A stretch of 32,000 nucleotides of DNA from Cupriavidus necator (lineage in GTDB: Bacteria > Pseudomonadota > Gammaproteobacteria > Burkholderiales > Burkholderiaceae): contig NZ_CP066018.1 in NCBI RefSeq assembly GCF_016127575.1, forward strand, positions 3,870,001 to 3,902,000, read 5' to 3'. Positions within the stretch are counted from its first letter, which is position 1; every line of letters begins with the position of its first letter. Made by a program: the position numbers and the translations under genes. Below are positions 1 to 9,041 of the stretch, piece by piece. A model generated the notes under the pieces. The model searched no databases. It saw only the letters and a program-made list of their open reading frames with translations, and was not told where the DNA came from.

Positions 1-704
1 TGCGCAGCGACGGCGTGCGCATGGCGATTGCCGATGCGGTGTCCGACGCGGACCTGTTCACGCTGGGCGAGGCCTGCGCCAACCTGCCGCTGATCACCGG
101 CGGCTCCGGCATCGCGCTGGGACTGCCCGAGAATTTCCGCCGCGCCGGCCTGCTACCGCAGCGCGGTGACGCGGCCTCGGTGCCGGCCATCGACGGCCCG
201 GGCGTGGTGCTGGCCGGCAGCGCCTCGCGCGCGACCAATGGCCAGGTAGCACGCTGGCTGGAGCAAGGCCGCCCGGCGCTGCGCATCGACCCGCTCGCGC
301 TGGCACGCGGCGAAGCCGTTGCCGACGCGGCGCTGGCCTTTGCCGCCGGTCATGGCGAACCGGTGCTGATCTACGCCACCTCCAGCCCCGACGAAGTCAA
401 GGCCGTGCAGGCCGAACTGGGCGTCGAGCGCGCCGGACACCTGGTCGAACAGTGCCTGGCCACGGTTGCCGCCGGGCTGCTGGCACGCGGCACGCGCCGC
501 TTCGTCGTGGCCGGCGGCGAAACCTCCGGCGCGGTGGTGCAGGCGCTGGGCGTGCGCGCCTTGCGTATCGGCGCGCAGATTGCACCGGGCGTGCCGGCCA
601 CCGTCACGCTGGATGCCAAGCCGCTGGCACTGGCGCTCAAGTCGGGCAACTTCGGCGGCCCGGATTTCTTTGACGAAGCGCTGCGCCAGCTTGGAGGTCA
701 CTGA
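1..704 (+). CDS. otnK: 3-oxo-tetronate kinase (four-carbon acid-sugar kinase, DUF1537 family), C-terminal part. The 5' end lies outside the window.
   Basis: The frame is open from the window edge to TGA 702-704. The translation (..ITGGSGIALGLPENF.., ..FVVAGGETSGAVVQALG.., ..LKSGNFGGPDFF..) looks like the C-terminal nucleotide-binding half of DUF1537 kinases. A GGAGG at 693-697 and a 1-nt TGATG overlap couple it to the next gene. Context with otnC/otnI/denD-type genes supports the call. Confidence 0.75.
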   Translation, partial: RSDGVRMAIADAVSDADLFTLGEACANLPLITGGSGIALGLPENFRRAGLLPQRGDAASVPAIDGPGVVLAGSASRATNGQVARWLEQGRPALRIDPLALARGEAVADAALAFAAGHGEPVLIYATSSPDEVKAVQAELGVERAGHLVEQCLATVAAGLLARGTRRFVVAGGETSGAVVQALGVRALRIGAQIAPGVPATVTLDAKPLALALKSGNFGGPDFFDEALRQLGGH

Positions 705-1357
705 TGAGCACCGAAAGCAAGCTGCGCGAAGAGATCTGCCGCATCGGCGCCAGCCTGTACCAGCGCGGCTATACCGTGGGCTCGGCCGGCAATATCAGCG
801 CGCGGCTGGACGACGGCTGGCTGATCACGCCGACCGATGCCTGCCTGGGGATGATGGACCCGGCCGCGGTCGCCAAGGTGGCCACCGATGGCAGCTGGGT
901 CTCCGGCGACAAGCCGTCCAAGACGCTGATGCTGCATCGCGCGATCTACGACAACAACCGCGAGGCGCACGCCGTGGTGCATACGCACTCGACGCACCTC
1001 GTGGCCCTGACGCTGGCCGGTGTCTGGCAACCGGACGACGTACTGCCGCCGCTCACGCCCTACTACGTGATGAAGGTCGGCCATATCCCGCTGATTCCCT
1101 ACCATCGCCCCGGCGATCCGGCCGTGGCCGCGCGCGTGGCCACGCTGGCCGCGCAGGTGCGTGGCGTGCTGCTGGAGCGCCTTGGTCCGGTAGTGTGGGA
1201 ATCCAGCGTCTCGCGCGCCGCGTTCGCGCTGGAAGAACTGGAGGAAACCGCCAAGCTATGGATGACGATGAAAGACACGCCGGGCTTCGCCGCCCGCGCT
1301 GCGCTGCCCGACGGCGCACTGACTGAGCTGCGCGACGCCTTCCAGGCGCGCTGGTAA
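704..1357 (+). CDS. otnC: 3-oxo-tetronate 4-phosphate decarboxylase (class II aldolase/adducin family)
   Basis: 217-aa ORF. ..GYTVGSAGNISARLDDGWLITPT.. and ..AVVHTHSTH.. are typical class II aldolase/adducin motifs. The ATG at 704 overlaps the otnK stop. Pathway context supports the assignment. Confidence 0.75.
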   Translation: MSTESKLREEICRIGASLYQRGYTVGSAGNISARLDDGWLITPTDACLGMMDPAAVAKVATDGSWVSGDKPSKTLMLHRAIYDNNREAHAVVHTHSTHLVALTLAGVWQPDDVLPPLTPYYVMKVGHIPLIPYHRPGDPAVAARVATLAAQVRGVLLERLGPVVWESSVSRAAFALEELEETAKLWMTMKDTPGFAARAALPDGALTELRDAFQARW

Positions 1358-1486
1358 CAACCGCTTTTCCCCGATAAACGACGGCTTCACCCGGCGCGGT
1401 TGCCTTGCGGCCACCGTGCGGGGGACGCGCATGCCTGCAGTCCGCGCGCCGCCGCATTAGACCCACCACCATACCCGGAGACCACC

Positions 1487-2860
1487 GTGAATCCAAACCA
1501 ACCGGCGGCAAGCGTGCCCGCCCTTGACAGCCTGGGCGGCAACGCCCGGCTGGACACCGAAGCCCAGATCGAAAAACGCGCCTACAGCAAGGTGTTCTGG
1601 CGCGTCATGCCGTTCCTGATGCTGTGCTACGTGGTCGCCTACCTGGACCGCGTCAATGTCGGCTTCGCCAAGCTGCAGATGGGCCAGGACCTGGCCTTCT
1701 CCGAAACCGTGTTCGGCCTCGGCGCCGGCCTGTTCTTTATCGGCTACTTCCTGTTCGAGGTGCCCAGCAACCTGCTGATGCATCGTATCGGCGCGCGCAT
1801 CTGGATCGCGCGCATCATGATCACGTGGGGCATCATCTCGGCGCTGTTCCTGTTCGTGAAGACGCCGACCCAGTTCTACGTGATGCGCTTCCTGCTCGGC
1901 CTCGCCGAAGCGGGTTTCTATCCCGGCGTGATCCTGTACCTGACCTACTGGTTCCCGGCCAACCGCCGCGGCAAGATGATCGCGCTGTTCATGTCGGGCA
2001 TCCCCATCGCGGGCATGTTCGGCAATCCGCTGTCGGGCTGGATCATGGACGCGTTCAACGGCACGCACGGCATGCGCGGCTGGCAATGGATGTTCCTGCT
2101 CGAGGCCCTGCCCGCGCTTGTGATCGGCGTGGTGACGGTGTTCGTGCTGCGCGACGGCATCGACAAGGCGCCGTGGCTCGACGCCGATGAAAAGCGCGTG
2201 CTCAAGCGCAATATCGAGGAAGACCAGCGCGGCGCCCATAACGCCGCCAGCGCCGCCGGCAAGGCCCACGGCCACTCGCTGGGCGCGGTGTTCTCCGACC
2301 GCCGCGTGTGGTGGATGTGCCTGATCTACTTCTGCTTCGTCACCGGCCAGTACGCGCTGACCTTCTGGATGCCGACGCTGGTGAAGGCCAGCGGCGTGAC
2401 CGGCAACCTGAACATCGGCCTGCTGTCGGCGATCCCGTTCATCTGCGCCGTGATCGTCATGAACATCCTGGGCCACAGCGCCGACGCACGCCGCGAGCGC
2501 CGCTGGCACCTGATCGTGCCGGCGCTGATGGGTGCCACGGGCTTTGCCATTGCGGCCTCGTTCACCAACAATACAACGGTGGCCATCGCCGCGCTGTCGC
2601 TGGCCGCCGCCGGGGTGCTGACCTGCGCGCCGCTGTTCTGGTCGCTGCCGACCTCGTTCCTGTCGGGCATTGCCGCCGCTTCCGGTATTGCCGTGGTGAA
2701 TTCGGTGGGCAACCTGGCCGGTTTCGTGTCGCCGTACATGGTCGGCGCGCTGAAGGACATGACGCAAAGTACGCAGCTGCCCATGTACGTGCTGTCCGCG
2801 ATCCTGGTCGTCGGCGCAGTGCTGGTGTGGCTGACGCCCGCTAAACTGGTCAACCGCTGA
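1487..2860 (+). CDS. MFS transporter (anion:cation symporter type), probable acid-sugar permease of the cluster
   Basis: Hydrophobic multi-helix ORF with an ..AYLDRVNVGFAKLQM.. N-terminal signature typical of ACS-family MFS permeases. I prefer the GTG at 1487, preceded by GGAG at 1477-1480, over the track start at 1400, whose extension is Arg/Ala/Pro-rich. Confidence 0.85.
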   Translation: MNPNQPAASVPALDSLGGNARLDTEAQIEKRAYSKVFWRVMPFLMLCYVVAYLDRVNVGFAKLQMGQDLAFSETVFGLGAGLFFIGYFLFEVPSNLLMHRIGARIWIARIMITWGIISALFLFVKTPTQFYVMRFLLGLAEAGFYPGVILYLTYWFPANRRGKMIALFMSGIPIAGMFGNPLSGWIMDAFNGTHGMRGWQWMFLLEALPALVIGVVTVFVLRDGIDKAPWLDADEKRVLKRNIEEDQRGAHNAASAAGKAHGHSLGAVFSDRRVWWMCLIYFCFVTGQYALTFWMPTLVKASGVTGNLNIGLLSAIPFICAVIVMNILGHSADARRERRWHLIVPALMGATGFAIAASFTNNTTVAIAALSLAAAGVLTCAPLFWSLPTSFLSGIAAASGIAVVNSVGNLAGFVSPYMVGALKDMTQSTQLPMYVLSAILVVGAVLVWLTPAKLVNR

Positions 2861-2928
2861 TCCTGGCCGGCCCGCTTTCGACGTAGTCTCGATCGGGCCG
2901 GATCCGTACCACCGCTTTGGAGTTCCGA

Positions 2929-3711
2929 ATGCCGCGCTTCGCCGCAAACCTCTCGATGATGTACAACGAGCACGCCTTCCTGGACCGCTTTGCCGCAGCC
3001 GCGGCCGACGGCTTCCGGGCGGTGGAGTTCCTGTTCCCGTACGAGCACGCCGCCGCCGAGCTGCGCGCGCGCCTGGACGCGAACGGCCTCACACAGGCAC
3101 TGTTCAACGCGGCGCCGGGCGACTGGGCAGCAGGCGAACGCGGCCTGGCCGCCCTGCCCGGGCGCGAGGCGGATTTCCGCGGCACCATCGGCCGCGCGCT
3201 GGAATACGCCGGCGTGATCGGCAATGACCGCATCCACGTGATGGCGGGCCTGATCCCTGCCGATGCCGACCGCGCGCGCTGCCGCGCCACATACCTCGAG
3301 AACCTCGCCTTTGCTGCCAACGCTGCCGCCGCCCAGGGCGTGACCGTGCTGATCGAGCCGATCAACACGCGCGACATGCCGGGCTATTTCCTGAACCGCC
3401 AGGACGACGGCCAGGCTATCTGCAAGGAAGTCGGCGCGGCCAACCTGAAGGTGCAGTTCGACTGCTACCACTGCCAGATCGTCGAAGGCGATGTCGCGAT
3501 GAAGCTCAAGCGCGACATCGCGGGCATCGGCCATATCCAGATCGCCGGCGTGCCCGAGCGCCATGAGCCGGACGTGGGCGAGCTGAACTATCCCTACCTG
3601 TTCGAGGTCATGGACACGCTCGGCTACGACGGCTGGATCGGCTGCGAATACCGCCCGCGCGCCGGCACCTCGGCCGGCCTGGGCTGGCTCAAGCCCTACC
3701 TGGGCCGCTGA
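2929..3711 (+). CDS. otnI: 2-oxo-tetronate isomerase (hydroxypyruvate isomerase-like TIM-barrel family)
   Basis: [34 protein letters not shown].. is a typical Hyi-family N-terminus. The ATG at 2929 is preceded by GGAG at 2919-2922. Pathway context supports the call. Confidence 0.75.
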
Positions 3712-3749
3712 TCGCGACCAACCCCAAGAACAACCGCTCCCATCCTGCC

Positions 3750-4724
3750 ATGAACGTACTGATTACCGGCGGCGCCGGCTTCCTCGGCCTGCAACTCGCC
3801 CGCCTGCTGCTGCAACGCGGCACCCTGAACCTGGACGGCCAGCCCGTGGCCATCAAGCGCCTGACGCTGCTGGACGTGGTGGCGCCGCAAGGCCTGGACG
3901 ATGCGCGCGTGCGCGTGGTCACCGGCGACCTGTCCGACCCGGCCGTGCTGCGCCAGGCCATCGACACCGACACTGGCGCCGTGTTCCACCTGGCGGCCGT
4001 GGTCAGCGGCCAGGCCGAGGCCGACTTCGACCTGGGCATGCGCGTCAACCTGGACGCCTCGCGCGCGCTGCTGGAAACCTGCCGCGAGCTGGGCCACCAG
4101 CCGCGCGTGCTGTTCACCAGCTCGGTCGCGGTCTACGGGGGCCAGTTGCCGCCGGTGGTGCAGGACGATACCGCGCTGAACCCGCAATCGTCATACGGCG
4201 TGCAGAAGGCCATCGGCGAGCTGCTGCTGTCGGACTACAGCCGCCGCGGCTTTGTCGACGGCCGCGTGCTGCGCCTGCCGACCATCAGCGTGCGCCCCGG
4301 CAAACCCAATGCGGCGGCCTCGTCGTTCGCCAGCGGCATCATCCGTGAGCCGCTGTCTGGTGTTGCTGCCAACTGCCCGGTGGCACCGGAAACGCCGCTG
4401 TGGCTGCTGTCGCCGCGAGCGGCCGTCGCGGCACTGGTCAATGGCATCGAACTGGCCGGCGAACGGCTGGGCAACCGCCGCGTGGTGAACTTGCCGGGGT
4501 TGTCGGTCACGGCTGCCGGCATGATCGAAGCCCTGCGCCGCGTGGCGGGCAATGCCGTGGCGGACCGCGTGACGTGGGAGCGCGAAGCGCGCGTGGAGAA
4601 CATCGTCGGCACCTGGCCGGCGGCGTGGAACGCGGAGCGTGCGCTGGCGCTGGGGTTCCAGAGCGACGCGAGCTTTGATGAGGTGATTCGCGCCTATATG
4701 GAAGATGCGGGGCTGGCCAAGTAA
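3750..4724 (+). CDS. denD: D-erythronate 2-dehydrogenase-like oxidoreductase (NAD-dependent epimerase/dehydratase fold)
   Basis: MNVLITGGAGFLG Rossmann motif and a later ..SSYGVQK.. (YxxxK) motif. It is the last gene of the tetronate cluster. The substrate assignment is by context only. Confidence 0.7.
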   Translation: MNVLITGGAGFLGLQLARLLLQRGTLNLDGQPVAIKRLTLLDVVAPQGLDDARVRVVTGDLSDPAVLRQAIDTDTGAVFHLAAVVSGQAEADFDLGMRVNLDASRALLETCRELGHQPRVLFTSSVAVYGGQLPPVVQDDTALNPQSSYGVQKAIGELLLSDYSRRGFVDGRVLRLPTISVRPGKPNAAASSFASGIIREPLSGVAANCPVAPETPLWLLSPRAAVAALVNGIELAGERLGNRRVVNLPGLSVTAAGMIEALRRVAGNAVADRVTWEREARVENIVGTWPAAWNAERALALGFQSDASFDEVIRAYMEDAGLAK

Positions 4725-4772
4725 GCGAATCTCGCCTCCCTGCTGCGACGGCCCTAATATTTGCTGAGAGCC

Positions 4773-4804
4773 GCTCCCCTCTCCCGCTTGCGGGAGAGGG
4801 GAGC
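4773..4804. repeat. REP-like perfect hairpin, also a likely bidirectional terminator between convergent genes
   Basis: GCTCCCCTCTCCCG (4773-4786), loop CTTG, CGGGAGAGGGGAGC (4791-4804). This is a 14-bp perfect stem. The GGGAGAGGGG-type palindrome is a dispersed intergenic element in Burkholderiaceae genomes as I recall them. Confidence 0.6.
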
Positions 4805-4839
4805 AAACAAGCGGGATTTGAAGACTCGTCGGCACGGAA

Positions 4840-5277
4840 TCACCCCGCCGGCTTCACCACCTCATACCCCTCGATAATCTCCCGCACCGGCCCCGGAATC
4901 GCCGCCGATTTCTGCGTGGCCGGGTCCGCGCACACATAGACGATCTCACCGGTAATCAGGTGTTCGTCGCCGCGGAACATCTCCACCCGGAACAGCATGC
5001 TCGAGCGCCCCAGGCGCGACATGCGGCCGCGGATTTCCAGCTCGTCGTCAAAGCGCGCCGAGGCGTGGTATTCCAGCGTGGACTTGACCACGAAGATGTC
5101 CACGCCATGCGCGTGCAGCACATCTTCCGGATAGCGGATGCCCAGCGCGCGCCAGTACTCGGTCACGCAGATATCGCAGTACGTCAGGTAGTGCGCGTTG
5201 AAGACGATCGACTGCGGATCGACTTCGGCCCAGCGCACGCGCAGCGGGATGCTGTGGCGAAAATCCTCTTTGGCCAT
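4840..5277 (-). CDS. Acyl-CoA thioesterase, hotdog fold (YbgC/4HBT type)
   Basis: 145-aa ORF. ..IPLRVRWAEVDPQSIVFNAHYLTYCD.. is the typical 4HBT/YbgC N-terminal pattern. AAGGAGA lies upstream of the ATG. Confidence 0.85.
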   Translation of the reverse strand: MAKEDFRHSIPLRVRWAEVDPQSIVFNAHYLTYCDICVTEYWRALGIRYPEDVLHAHGVDIFVVKSTLEYHASARFDDELEIRGRMSRLGRSSMLFRVEMFRGDEHLITGEIVYVCADPATQKSAAIPGPVREIIEGYEVVKPAG

Positions 5278-5315
5278 CGGCCTGGTCTCCTTGTTTGTCG
5301 TGGCTTGTCAAAGCA

Positions 5316-5362
5316 CCAGGCCGCCGGCCCGCCGGACAGGACCGGCAGGCGCGGCGGCCTGG
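5316..5362 (-). terminator. GC-rich stem-loop downstream of the Bug gene (no U-tract)
   Basis: CCAGGCCGCCG (5316-5326) pairs with CGGCGGCCTGG (5352-5362). An inner GCCGG/CCGGC pairing lies in the loop. It sits about 30 nt after the stop at 5394. No T-run follows on the minus strand. Confidence 0.3.
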
Positions 5363-5393
5363 ATCGATGATGGCGGCGGCAGGCTGATTGCGC

Positions 5394-6377
5394 TTACTGT
5401 GCCTTGGCCAGCCCCAGCTTCTCGATGATCGCCTTTTCCTTCTTGACGGTCTCGGCCGCAAACTGCGCGTATTGCTGGCTGTTCATGTAGTACGGCTCCA
5501 TGTCGAACTTGGCCAGCGATTCGCGGTAGTTGGGCATGTCCATGGCCTTCTTGAAGGCGTCATGCAGCTTCTGCACGATCTTCGGATCGGTGCCCTTGGG
5601 CGCGACCAGGCCGAACGGCGAGGTCTGCACGATGCCGATGCCCAGTTCCTTCAGCGTCGGCACGCTGGGGAAGCGCGCCGAGCGCTTCTCGCCCCAGGTC
5701 GACAGCAGGCGCAGCTTGCCCTGCTCAACGTACGGTGCCCATGCCGGCGTGTCGGCCACCGACATCACGTGGCCGCCCAGCAGCGCCTGCATCGACTCGG
5801 AATTGCCCTTGTAGGGGATGTGCGAGAACTGCACGCCCTGCTTCATCGCCAGCTCTTCCATGGTCAGGTGCAGCGTGGTCATCGAGCCCGGCGAACCGTA
5901 GGTCAGCTTGCCCGGATTGGCCTTGGCGTAGGCAATGTACTCCTGCATCGTCTTGATCGGCGAATCGGCCGGCACCACCAGGCCGAACGAATAGCCGGCG
6001 AGGTTGATGATGTAGTTCAGGTCCTTGACCGGGTCCCAGTTGATCTTGGTGGTGTACGGCAGGCGGTAGACCGGCATGGCGACCTGGGCCAGCGTGTAGC
6101 CGTCCGGCGCGGTGGACTGCATCATCTGCGCGGGCAGCACGCCACCCGCGCCGGGCTTGTTCTCGACGATCACGGGCTGGCCCAGGATCTTGGAGGCGTT
6201 GTCGGCGAGCACGCGGAACGGGATATCCGTGGAGCCGCCGGCGGTGTAGCCGATCACCAGGCGGATCGGGCGCTGCGGGAACTTGTCGGCCTGTGCCTGG
6301 GCGGGCATGGCGGCAAGGCCCAGTGCCGCGGTGGCGGCGGCGATGCCCGCGCGGGCGATGAAGTGGCGGCGTTGCAT
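5394..6377 (-). CDS. Bug-family (TctC-like) tripartite tricarboxylate transporter substrate-binding protein, orphan
   Basis: MQRRHFIARAGIAAATAALGLAAMPAQA is a signal peptide with a twin-Arg. It is followed by ..PIRLVIGYTAGGSTD.. and ..ENKPGAGG.., both hallmarks of Bug proteins. The ATG at 6377 has GGAGAC upstream. No tctA or tctB genes are nearby. Confidence 0.9.
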   Translation of the reverse strand: MQRRHFIARAGIAAATAALGLAAMPAQAQADKFPQRPIRLVIGYTAGGSTDIPFRVLADNASKILGQPVIVENKPGAGGVLPAQMMQSTAPDGYTLAQVAMPVYRLPYTTKINWDPVKDLNYIINLAGYSFGLVVPADSPIKTMQEYIAYAKANPGKLTYGSPGSMTTLHLTMEELAMKQGVQFSHIPYKGNSESMQALLGGHVMSVADTPAWAPYVEQGKLRLLSTWGEKRSARFPSVPTLKELGIGIVQTSPFGLVAPKGTDPKIVQKLHDAFKKAMDMPNYRESLAKFDMEPYYMNSQQYAQFAAETVKKEKAIIEKLGLAKAQ

Positions 6378-6458
6378 TTGACTATGTCTCCTTGTGCTGC
6401 AAGTCACTGCTGAAAATGGAAGGCCGGGGCCGGTGCGGCCCTGACCGTGGCTGCTGGT

Positions 6459-7481
6459 CTAGTTGTGCGGTGTGCCGAACGCGGCGCGCAGCGCGGCAAC
6501 GGCCTCGGCATGTGCCTGCGCCACCGCCGGCACGAACCGGCCCAGCTTGAAGAAATCATGGATCATGCCGGGGTAGTCCGCCAGCGTGGCGGCCACGCCG
6601 GCGGCGCGCAGCTTCTCCGCGTAGGCCACACCCTCGTCATGCAGCGGATCGTAGCCGGCCACGGCGATCCAGGCCGGGCATGTGCCGCGCACCTCGGCGC
6701 CGGCGCCGCCGCCATCCAGCGGGGCGAAACGCCAGTCGTCGCGGCTGGCTTCCTGGTCCAGGTACTGGGCAAAGAACCAGCGGATCATGTCCGCCGTCAG
6801 CAGGTAGCCATCGGCCAGCGCGCGGTGCGACGGCGTGTCCTGGCGTGCACAGGTGCCGGGATAGATCAGCAACTGCAGCACGGGCGCCAGGCCCGCATTG
6901 CGGGCCTCCACGGCACACGCCGCGGCCAGCGTGCCGCCGGCGCTGTCGCCACCCACGGCGATGCGCGCCGGGTCGGCACCGAGCCGGCCGGCTTCGGCGA
7001 AGACCCAGTGCAGCACATCGAAGGCGTCGTTGGCCGCCGTCGGGAAACGCCATTGCGGCCCGAGCCGGTAGTCCACCGACAGCACCATGCAGTCCGCCTG
7101 GCCACACAGCAGCCGGCACAGCGGATCGTGCGAATCGACGCTGCCGACCGTGAAGCCGCCGCCATGGAAATACACCAGCAAGGGCAGCGGCTCGGTCCAG
7201 CTGGCCTCGCGCGGGGTGTACAGCCTGAGCGGGATGGCGTGGCCGTCGCGCGCCGGCGCCAGCAGGTCTTCCGCCATATACACGGGCGGCGGGTTGATAT
7301 CGAGGATCGGCGCGCTTTTCTCGTAGGCGATCTTGGCGTCCTCGGGCTCCATCGCGTGGATCGGCGGCCGCTTGGCGCGCGCGATCAGCTCCAGCAGCGC
7401 GGCCACCTGCGGGTCGAGCGGGCTGGACGGCAGGCCGGGCGTGGCGGGCGCATCAGGGCTGGAAGACGGTGCGGCGGACAT
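6459..7481 (-). CDS. Alpha/beta hydrolase, hormone-sensitive-lipase-type esterase
   Basis: It has the ..LLVYFHGGGFTVGS.. oxyanion motif and the ..GDSAGGTLAA.. nucleophile elbow. The start is uncertain: the ATG at 7481 has no clear SD, and the track start at 7553 is a TTG with an Arg/Ala-rich extension. Confidence 0.8.
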   Translation of the reverse strand: MSAAPSSSPDAPATPGLPSSPLDPQVAALLELIARAKRPPIHAMEPEDAKIAYEKSAPILDINPPPVYMAEDLLAPARDGHAIPLRLYTPREASWTEPLPLLVYFHGGGFTVGSVDSHDPLCRLLCGQADCMVLSVDYRLGPQWRFPTAANDAFDVLHWVFAEAGRLGADPARIAVGGDSAGGTLAAACAVEARNAGLAPVLQLLIYPGTCARQDTPSHRALADGYLLTADMIRWFFAQYLDQEASRDDWRFAPLDGGGAGAEVRGTCPAWIAVAGYDPLHDEGVAYAEKLRAAGVAATLADYPGMIHDFFKLGRFVPAVAQAHAEAVAALRAAFGTPHN

Positions 7482-7560
7482 AGGGAATGACGCGGATCCG
7501 GAGCCGGTGCCAGCGGCGTGCAGAAGTTCTGCGCGTCGCCCGCATCGGGACAAGTTCGAA

Positions 7561-7590
7561 TTGTGAACGATCGTTCGATTTTAGTATGAT
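7561..7590 (+). promoter_or_regulatory. Candidate sigma70-type promoter with an embedded 12-bp perfect palindrome (putative operator)
   Basis: TTGTGA (7561-7566), an 18-nt spacer, then TATGAT (7585-7590). The palindrome GAACGATCGTTC (7565-7576) overlaps the -35 element and lies in the spacer. It sits in the 335-bp divergent region between the esterase and the alcohol dehydrogenase. Confidence 0.3.
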
Positions 7591-7816
7591 GCCAGATGTT
7601 CCAGGTGCCCGGCAGTACGAGATAACCCCGAAAAGTCGCTGTCAGCCTGCCACGCGGCAAGTTTTTGCGCGATGATCGGCTGAAGCGGTCCCGAGGGCTC
7701 CGGAAACGCAGTAGTGCAGGTCCATTGAAACCCAAGACAGCGGGCCTGGCGAGCATCCGCTCCAGGCCCGTGCAAAAGACAATTTGGCGGCAGATCCCGG
7801 CAGGAGACAAGCAAAC

Positions 7817-8965
7817 ATGGCGTTTATCTACTATCTGACCCACATCCACCTGGATTTCGGCGCGGTAAGCCTGCTCAAGTCCGAATGCGAGCGCATCGGC
7901 ATCCGCCGCCCGTTGCTGGTGACCGACAAGGGCGTGGTCGCCGCGGGAGTGGCGCAGCGTGCCATCGATGCAATGCAGGGCCTGCAGGTTGCGGTATTCG
8001 ATGAAACCCCGTCGAACCCGACCGAGGCCATGGTGCGCAAGGCCGCCGCACAATACCGCGAGGCCGGCTGCGACGGGCTGGTGGCAGTGGGCGGCGGCTC
8101 GTCGATCGACCTCGCCAAGGGCATCGCCATCCTGGCCACGCATGAGGGCGAGCTGACCACCTATGCCACCATCGAAGGCGGCAGCGCCAGGATCACCGAC
8201 AAGGCGGCGCCGCTGATCGCGGTGCCCACCACCTCGGGCACCGGCAGCGAGGTGGCGCGCGGCGCCATCATCATCCTGGACGACGGCCGCAAGCTGGGCT
8301 TCCATTCCTGGCATTTGCTGCCCAAGTCCGCCGTCTGCGACCCGGAACTGACGCTGGGGCTGCCGGCCGGGCTGACCGCGGCCACCGGCATGGATGCGAT
8401 CGCGCACTGCATCGAGACCTTCCTGGCCCCCGCCTTCAACCCGCCCGCGGACGGCATTGCGCTGGACGGGCTGGAGCGCGGCTGGGGCCATATCGAACGC
8501 GCCACCCGCGACGGTCAGGACCGCGACGCACGCCTGAACATGATGAGCGCGTCGATGCAGGGCGCAATGGCGTTCCAGAAGGGGCTGGGCTGCGTGCATT
8601 CGCTGTCGCACCCGCTGGGCGGGCTGAAGATCGACGGCCGCACCGGCCTGCACCACGGCACGCTCAACGCGGTGGTGATGCCGGCGGTGCTGCGCTTCAA
8701 CGCCGATGCGCCCACGGTGGTGCGCGACGACCGCTACGCACGCCTGCGCCGCGCCATGCACCTGCCCGACGGCGCCGATATCGCGCAGGCCGTGCACGAC
8801 ATGACCGTGCGCCTGGGCCTGCCCACCGGGCTGCGTCAGATGGGTGTCACCGAGGACATGTTCGACAAGGTGATTGCCGGTGCGCTGGTCGACCATTGCC
8901 ACAAGACCAACCCGAAAGAAGCCAGCGCCGCGGATTATCGGCGTATGCTTGAGCAGTCCATGTAG
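7817..8965 (+). CDS. Iron-containing (group III) alcohol dehydrogenase, possibly 4-hydroxybutyrate-dehydrogenase-like
   Basis: It has ..[14 protein letters not shown].. and ..[10 protein letters not shown].. / ..HSLSHPLGG.. metal and NAD motifs. The ATG at 7817 is preceded by AGGAGA at 7802-7807. The N-terminus [15 protein letters not shown] resembles my memory of the Cupriavidus gbd product. I have not verified this. Confidence 0.85.
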   Translation: MAFIYYLTHIHLDFGAVSLLKSECERIGIRRPLLVTDKGVVAAGVAQRAIDAMQGLQVAVFDETPSNPTEAMVRKAAAQYREAGCDGLVAVGGGSSIDLAKGIAILATHEGELTTYATIEGGSARITDKAAPLIAVPTTSGTGSEVARGAIIILDDGRKLGFHSWHLLPKSAVCDPELTLGLPAGLTAATGMDAIAHCIETFLAPAFNPPADGIALDGLERGWGHIERATRDGQDRDARLNMMSASMQGAMAFQKGLGCVHSLSHPLGGLKIDGRTGLHHGTLNAVVMPAVLRFNADAPTVVRDDRYARLRRAMHLPDGADIAQAVHDMTVRLGLPTGLRQMGVTEDMFDKVIAGALVDHCHKTNPKEASAADYRRMLEQSM

Positions 8966-9041
8966 CACACAGCGGCTTCCCGCCGGTCAGACCGACCAAG
9001 CGGCTGTCCGGCGGCCCTCCCTCCACAGCGCAGGAGACAAC

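Noticed and set aside
1400-1486. N-terminal extensions implied by the longest-ORF coordinates of the track. These are 1400, 2917, 6407, 7553, 7784, 8874, 10939, 11836, 16309, 17208, 21274, 22632, 24906, 29349 and 30352.
   Set aside because: The extensions are Arg/Pro/Ala-rich and often overlap the upstream gene. Internal ATG or GTG codons with good SD sequences give N-termini typical of the respective families. I used those starts in the feature table.
5394-6377. The Bug/TctC gene as evidence for a complete tripartite tricarboxylate transporter locus.
   Set aside because: No TctA or TctB membrane-component genes are present in the vicinity. Orphan Bug genes are very numerous in Cupriavidus and Bordetella-type genomes, so this is unremarkable.
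7655-7669. A sigma54-like element, CGGCAAGTTTTTGCG, about 150 nt upstream of the alcohol dehydrogenase start.
   Set aside because: The GG-to-GC spacing is one nucleotide shorter than the canonical TGGCAC-N5-TTGC arrangement, which is normally invariant. The -24 element also deviates, and no enhancer-binding-protein gene is nearby.
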